From Guillardia theta CCMP2712 (lineage: Eukaryota; Protista; Cryptophyta), in NCBI RefSeq assembly GCF_000315625.1, contig NW_005434628.1, forward strand, positions 371,846 to 435,845: DNA of 64,000 bases. Reading direction: 5' to 3'. This document shows positions 60,227 through 64,000 of the stretch, in pieces. How positions within the stretch are numbered: the stretch's first letter is position 1; the number at the start of each line of letters is the position of its first letter. The position numbers and the translations under genes are program-made. The notes under the pieces were generated by a model. That model was not told where the DNA came from and did no database searches. It saw only the letters and a program-made list of their open reading frames with translations.

Positions 60227-63200
60227 GAACACCCAGCTGCATTCCCCAATCTCTCGCTTGTTACTCACGGCTCACAAAACTGTCTGCAGATACTCGAAGA
60301 CTAAGTCACCACTCGCCTCAAGGGTCATGGAAGTCGAGGATCGGAATACTTCCTCTGCCACCGAACTACAGGAAACTACGTTCGCAGTATTTTCCCCTAC
60401 AAAATTTATCGTATCATCGTGCTAATAATACAACGACCCTAGCGTCTTCACGACTCGGATTGAAATCATGGCGAATTACTCAGAGGAACTCGATTGCCCT
60501 GAAAACTACTGTCAGCCCCCTCAAAGACAAGGAACATCATCCTCTTTCAAGGCAGACGGCTACACCTCTCACTCCAACCACTGGGCAACTTCCAGCGGAG
60601 ACTGTGATGAACCTGACAGAACACTGTGTCAGTCCACCCAGTTCTTCAGATGTAACCCCTGAGCAACCAGGAATTCAAATTGTGTTGGATACGGGAGCCT
60701 CCGATCATTTCTTCAACTCTGACATTCTTAATTTCATCACTGAACTTAATTCTGAACCTCTGGAGTTGCAAGTTAATACCATTCTTGGCAGTACACAAAA
60801 CCAGACTGTGCTCCCAACTCATAGACAGAGAGCTGACATATTCTCTGTGACAGCAAGGCTTCCTTTTCTTCCTGAGTTAGATCTATCAGGATTTTTCTCG
60901 CCAGACTTCATGGTGAATCTACTTTCAGCCGCCCGACTAGTGGAAAGTGGTTACTTTGTTATTCTCTGTAAAAACCATTCGGTCGTGTGCTGTCCTATAG
61001 AAAGTACCGGATCAGATGGTTCTATCCTGGTAATTCCTCTTCTCCGTTCTGGCAATACCTGGATCTTCAACTCTAGTCACCAGACAAGGTACTTAATTCG
61101 TACATCCTTGCTAAACAAATTCTTGCTGTGGCTGTTGAATCCAGATACCTCAGAAGTGTCAGACATCGCCGAGGCAGCCTATGTGGACTCAAATAAGAAT
61201 AAGAATGTGACAGATCAATTGTATCCTCCATTTGCACAGTTCTGCTGCAGCACGCCTACGCTCAACAGAGAATACAAGGAAACTGAAAGATCTGCGACCA
61301 GCTCAGCTCCTGAGGGATTGCCTACTGCTTCCCCTGCCGTAACGATTGGCAACACTGACACAGCGAGTAACCATCACAGTACTGAACAATCTCTGTCTCA
61401 AAAGGCACAGTTTCTGCAGAAATTACATCTTAAACTGGGACATGCGAACATGGTTGCCCTCAACAAACTGCACTACAGCACGGCTGAAGTTCCGGAGGTA
61501 CCGCGGAAGTATCTCTGCCTGGATGAAAAATGCTTGTGCTGCCTTAGAATGAAGAGCAAACAGATCCTGGCAAGTAAGCACAACGGTGAAATAACCAAAT
61601 TGTGTGCGACACAGAGGAACTTTCAACCACTTGAGAAGCTACACGCTGACCTAGCAGGTCCACTGAACATTCGGACTCACAAAGGAGCAAGGCACTTTCT
61701 CGTAATCACTGACCAGGCGACACGATTCCGATGGGTTCTACTAGTTCCCAAAAAGGATGATGTACCTGAACTCCTTCAAAGCTTCTTTCGAGACCTGCTT
61801 GCAGAATTTGGCACTAACGTAAAAATACTGATCCTACAAACCGACTGTGGCAGCGAATTTAAAAATCAGAAACTCGTCACCATTCTGCAAAATGCTGGAA
61901 TCAGACCTGAATACTCTTGTCCTTACACTCCAAGTCAGAATGGTATTGCAGAATCTTCGGTCAAGAGAATCAAAGAGATCACTCGAGCATTTATGGACAC
62001 ATCCAATTTACCCCAGAGCCTCTGGGGGTTTGCAGCGGTACACGCCGCACGTGTTGCAAATCTCATTCCTCATCGGTTACTAAACTATCAGACTCCGTTT
62101 CAATTACTGTACGGATATTACCCATCACTCAACAAGCTTCCGGTGTTCGGATGCTATGCTTGTGTTCACAGGAGAAATAATAAAGGGTCACTGGTTGGAA
62201 GCACTGTTGAAGGAATCTATCTCGGAGATGCTGATCCACTGTTTAATACAAAGGGTTATCTCGTGTATGGACCAAAGTCAAAACGATTCTTCATCTCCAC
62301 GTCTGTGGCGTTTGATGAAAGCTTATTCCCTTGCAGGCCAAAGAGCTCACGAAGGTTGACAGATCTCAAGGACATAAGTACACTACTTACCGACAATGAA
62401 CTTGAGTACCCTGACTACTCCAGCTCTGATCTATCAGAACACCACCAAGTCATGAGCTGTGAGCAACAATCTGGCAGTACTGATTGCTGTACAGATCTGA
62501 TGAATCACGAATCTCCGAAATCTGTTCCCGGCAATGTGGATAAAGCAAAAGATACAGAACCACTGATCAAACAACGACATAGTTTGAAAACTCTGAGCAG
62601 AAAACAACTGGTCAATGCACTTGTCAGAAATAAGGTTCAACTCGAATTACCATCATACTTCTATCCGGATGAGACACCTGGAACATGGACAGTCATGAGC
62701 TACAGAAGGGAACAAAGGAATAAGCAGACCTACCTTCTCACCAAAGTAGTGGACTGTCCTGTACCAGATGACATTGGAAAGATAATTCCACTGAAAACTG
62801 ACAATTCTGAGTTCTCCCTACAGAAAGTGTTGGACCTTCAATTTAACGTTCCTCAGTATCTAGATGACATACTCTCTGTACAGCAAGGGCGTACAAGTCC
62901 AGGAGAATCAGTGAACCCCACATCTACTGCCTACTTCACCTCATCAACTCTCACTTACTGGCAGCAGATCAAGGAACCCAAAAGCATAAAGGAAGCATAT
63001 GAAAGCGAACATAGAGACAAATGGATGAGAGCACTCCAAGATGAAATGACTAGCCTTGAACAAAAATTGGTGTATACTACTGAGTCACAGGTACCTCCAG
63101 GAACAAAAACTATTCCTTGCAAACCAGTTTTCAAGGTAAAAACAAATTCAGATGGAACCCTAGACAAATTCAAGGCTCGTATAGTAGCGTTGGGATATCG

Positions 63201-64000
63201 TCAAGTGAAGGGTATTGACTATGAAGAGACATTTGCACCATTTGTAGACCTGAGCACTATTCGATTGCTATTTGCATTGGCTGTAGAATACACCTATCAC
63301 ATTCACCATGTCGACGTAAAAACTGCCTTCCTAAATGCAAACATAGACAAGGAAATTTATACCAGACCTCCCAAGGACTTATTGAAGTACTTACGTGCAT
63401 GGCTCACAGGAAGTGCCCCAATAGACCTACCAGAGGACGACAGAGTATTCTGGAAACTGCAGCGAGCACTATATGGTACCAAACAAGCCCCTAACTTGTG
63501 GAGTGTAACCTTGCGAAAATACTTGTTACAATTAGGATTTCGTGACGTCGGATTTGAAAAATCTGTATACATTCGCAGAAAACCAGATGGGGGTGTTCTA
63601 ATCGTACTTGTCTGGGTGGACGATGTGTTACTGTTTGGAGACACCTTGGAACCTATCAATGAATTCAAGACAGAATTGAATAACAGGTTCCCAATCACCG
63701 ATAAGGGAGAAGTGGAATACTTTTTAGGGGTAGAGATCAAACGAGATCTTGAAACAGGAAGCATCACACTTTCTCAAGAAAAATTCATCAACGAAATATT
63801 GACAGAATTCGAGATAGATGAGAAAATGAAAGCCTGGACTCCTGGAACTACAACCAAACAAAAACTTAGTGATGATGGAGATTATCTTCACAAAGGAGAC
63901 CAGACGAGATATCAACAACTGATAGGCAAACTCAATTACCTCTCGGTGTTTACAAGACCTGACTTGGCCTACACAATCTCAAGACTCTCACAACATCTGA
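60196..64000 (+). CDS. pol: Copia pol polyprotein (protease, integrase, reverse transcriptase), open to the window end
   Basis: One reading frame: IVLDTGASDHF (PR); LHLKLGH...C..C; LHADLAGP, QTDCGSEF, PSQNGIAE (IN); KFKARIVALGY, DVKTAFLN, LYGTKQAP, WVDD (RT). Absent from the ORF track because it has no stop codon in the window. Confidence 0.93.

Larger units (their letters stand above)
58757..64000 (+). mobile_element. Ty1/copia LTR retrotransposon, truncated by the window end
   Basis: Domain order gag-PR-IN-RT; PBS GGTTATGAGCC at 59148-59158. Confidence 0.95.

Overview
Eukaryotic, intron-rich nuclear DNA. It is most likely a cryptophyte alga of the Guillardia/Hanusia type, inferred from the short introns with microsatellite tracts, a bipartite plastid-targeting presequence and the gene content. 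Recognisable spliced genes are: choline dehydrogenase (GMC family, runs off the left edge), a plastid-targeted CrtISO-like FAD oxidoreductase, a multi-EF-hand TKL-type protein kinase, IFT38/CLUAP1, a coiled-coil protein with a C-terminal PPC-like domain, three adjacent orphan genes, a CRAL-TRIO protein, a Xi-class glutathionyl-hydroquinone reductase, RPS8, a Der/EngA GTPase, a secreted EF-hand protein, and a single-domain voltage-gated cation channel with PH and EF-hand domains. The most unusual accessory feature is a tandem array at 5.8-12.4 kb that pairs insertion-bearing SHAQKYF Myb genes with an unrecognised intronless ~120-aa protein (motif KLSPSQQAYVDAH). Two diverged copies of that small gene recur at 55.5-57.5 kb and share upstream motifs with the array copies. 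The right end holds a Ty1/copia LTR retrotransposon with an internal-tRNA(Met) PBS, a frameshifted gag and an open pol. Intergenic DNA shows two recurring word-biased domain types (CCGG/TGAGTC-rich and GGGGTA-rich). Exon boundaries were read by eye and some gene termini are approximate.
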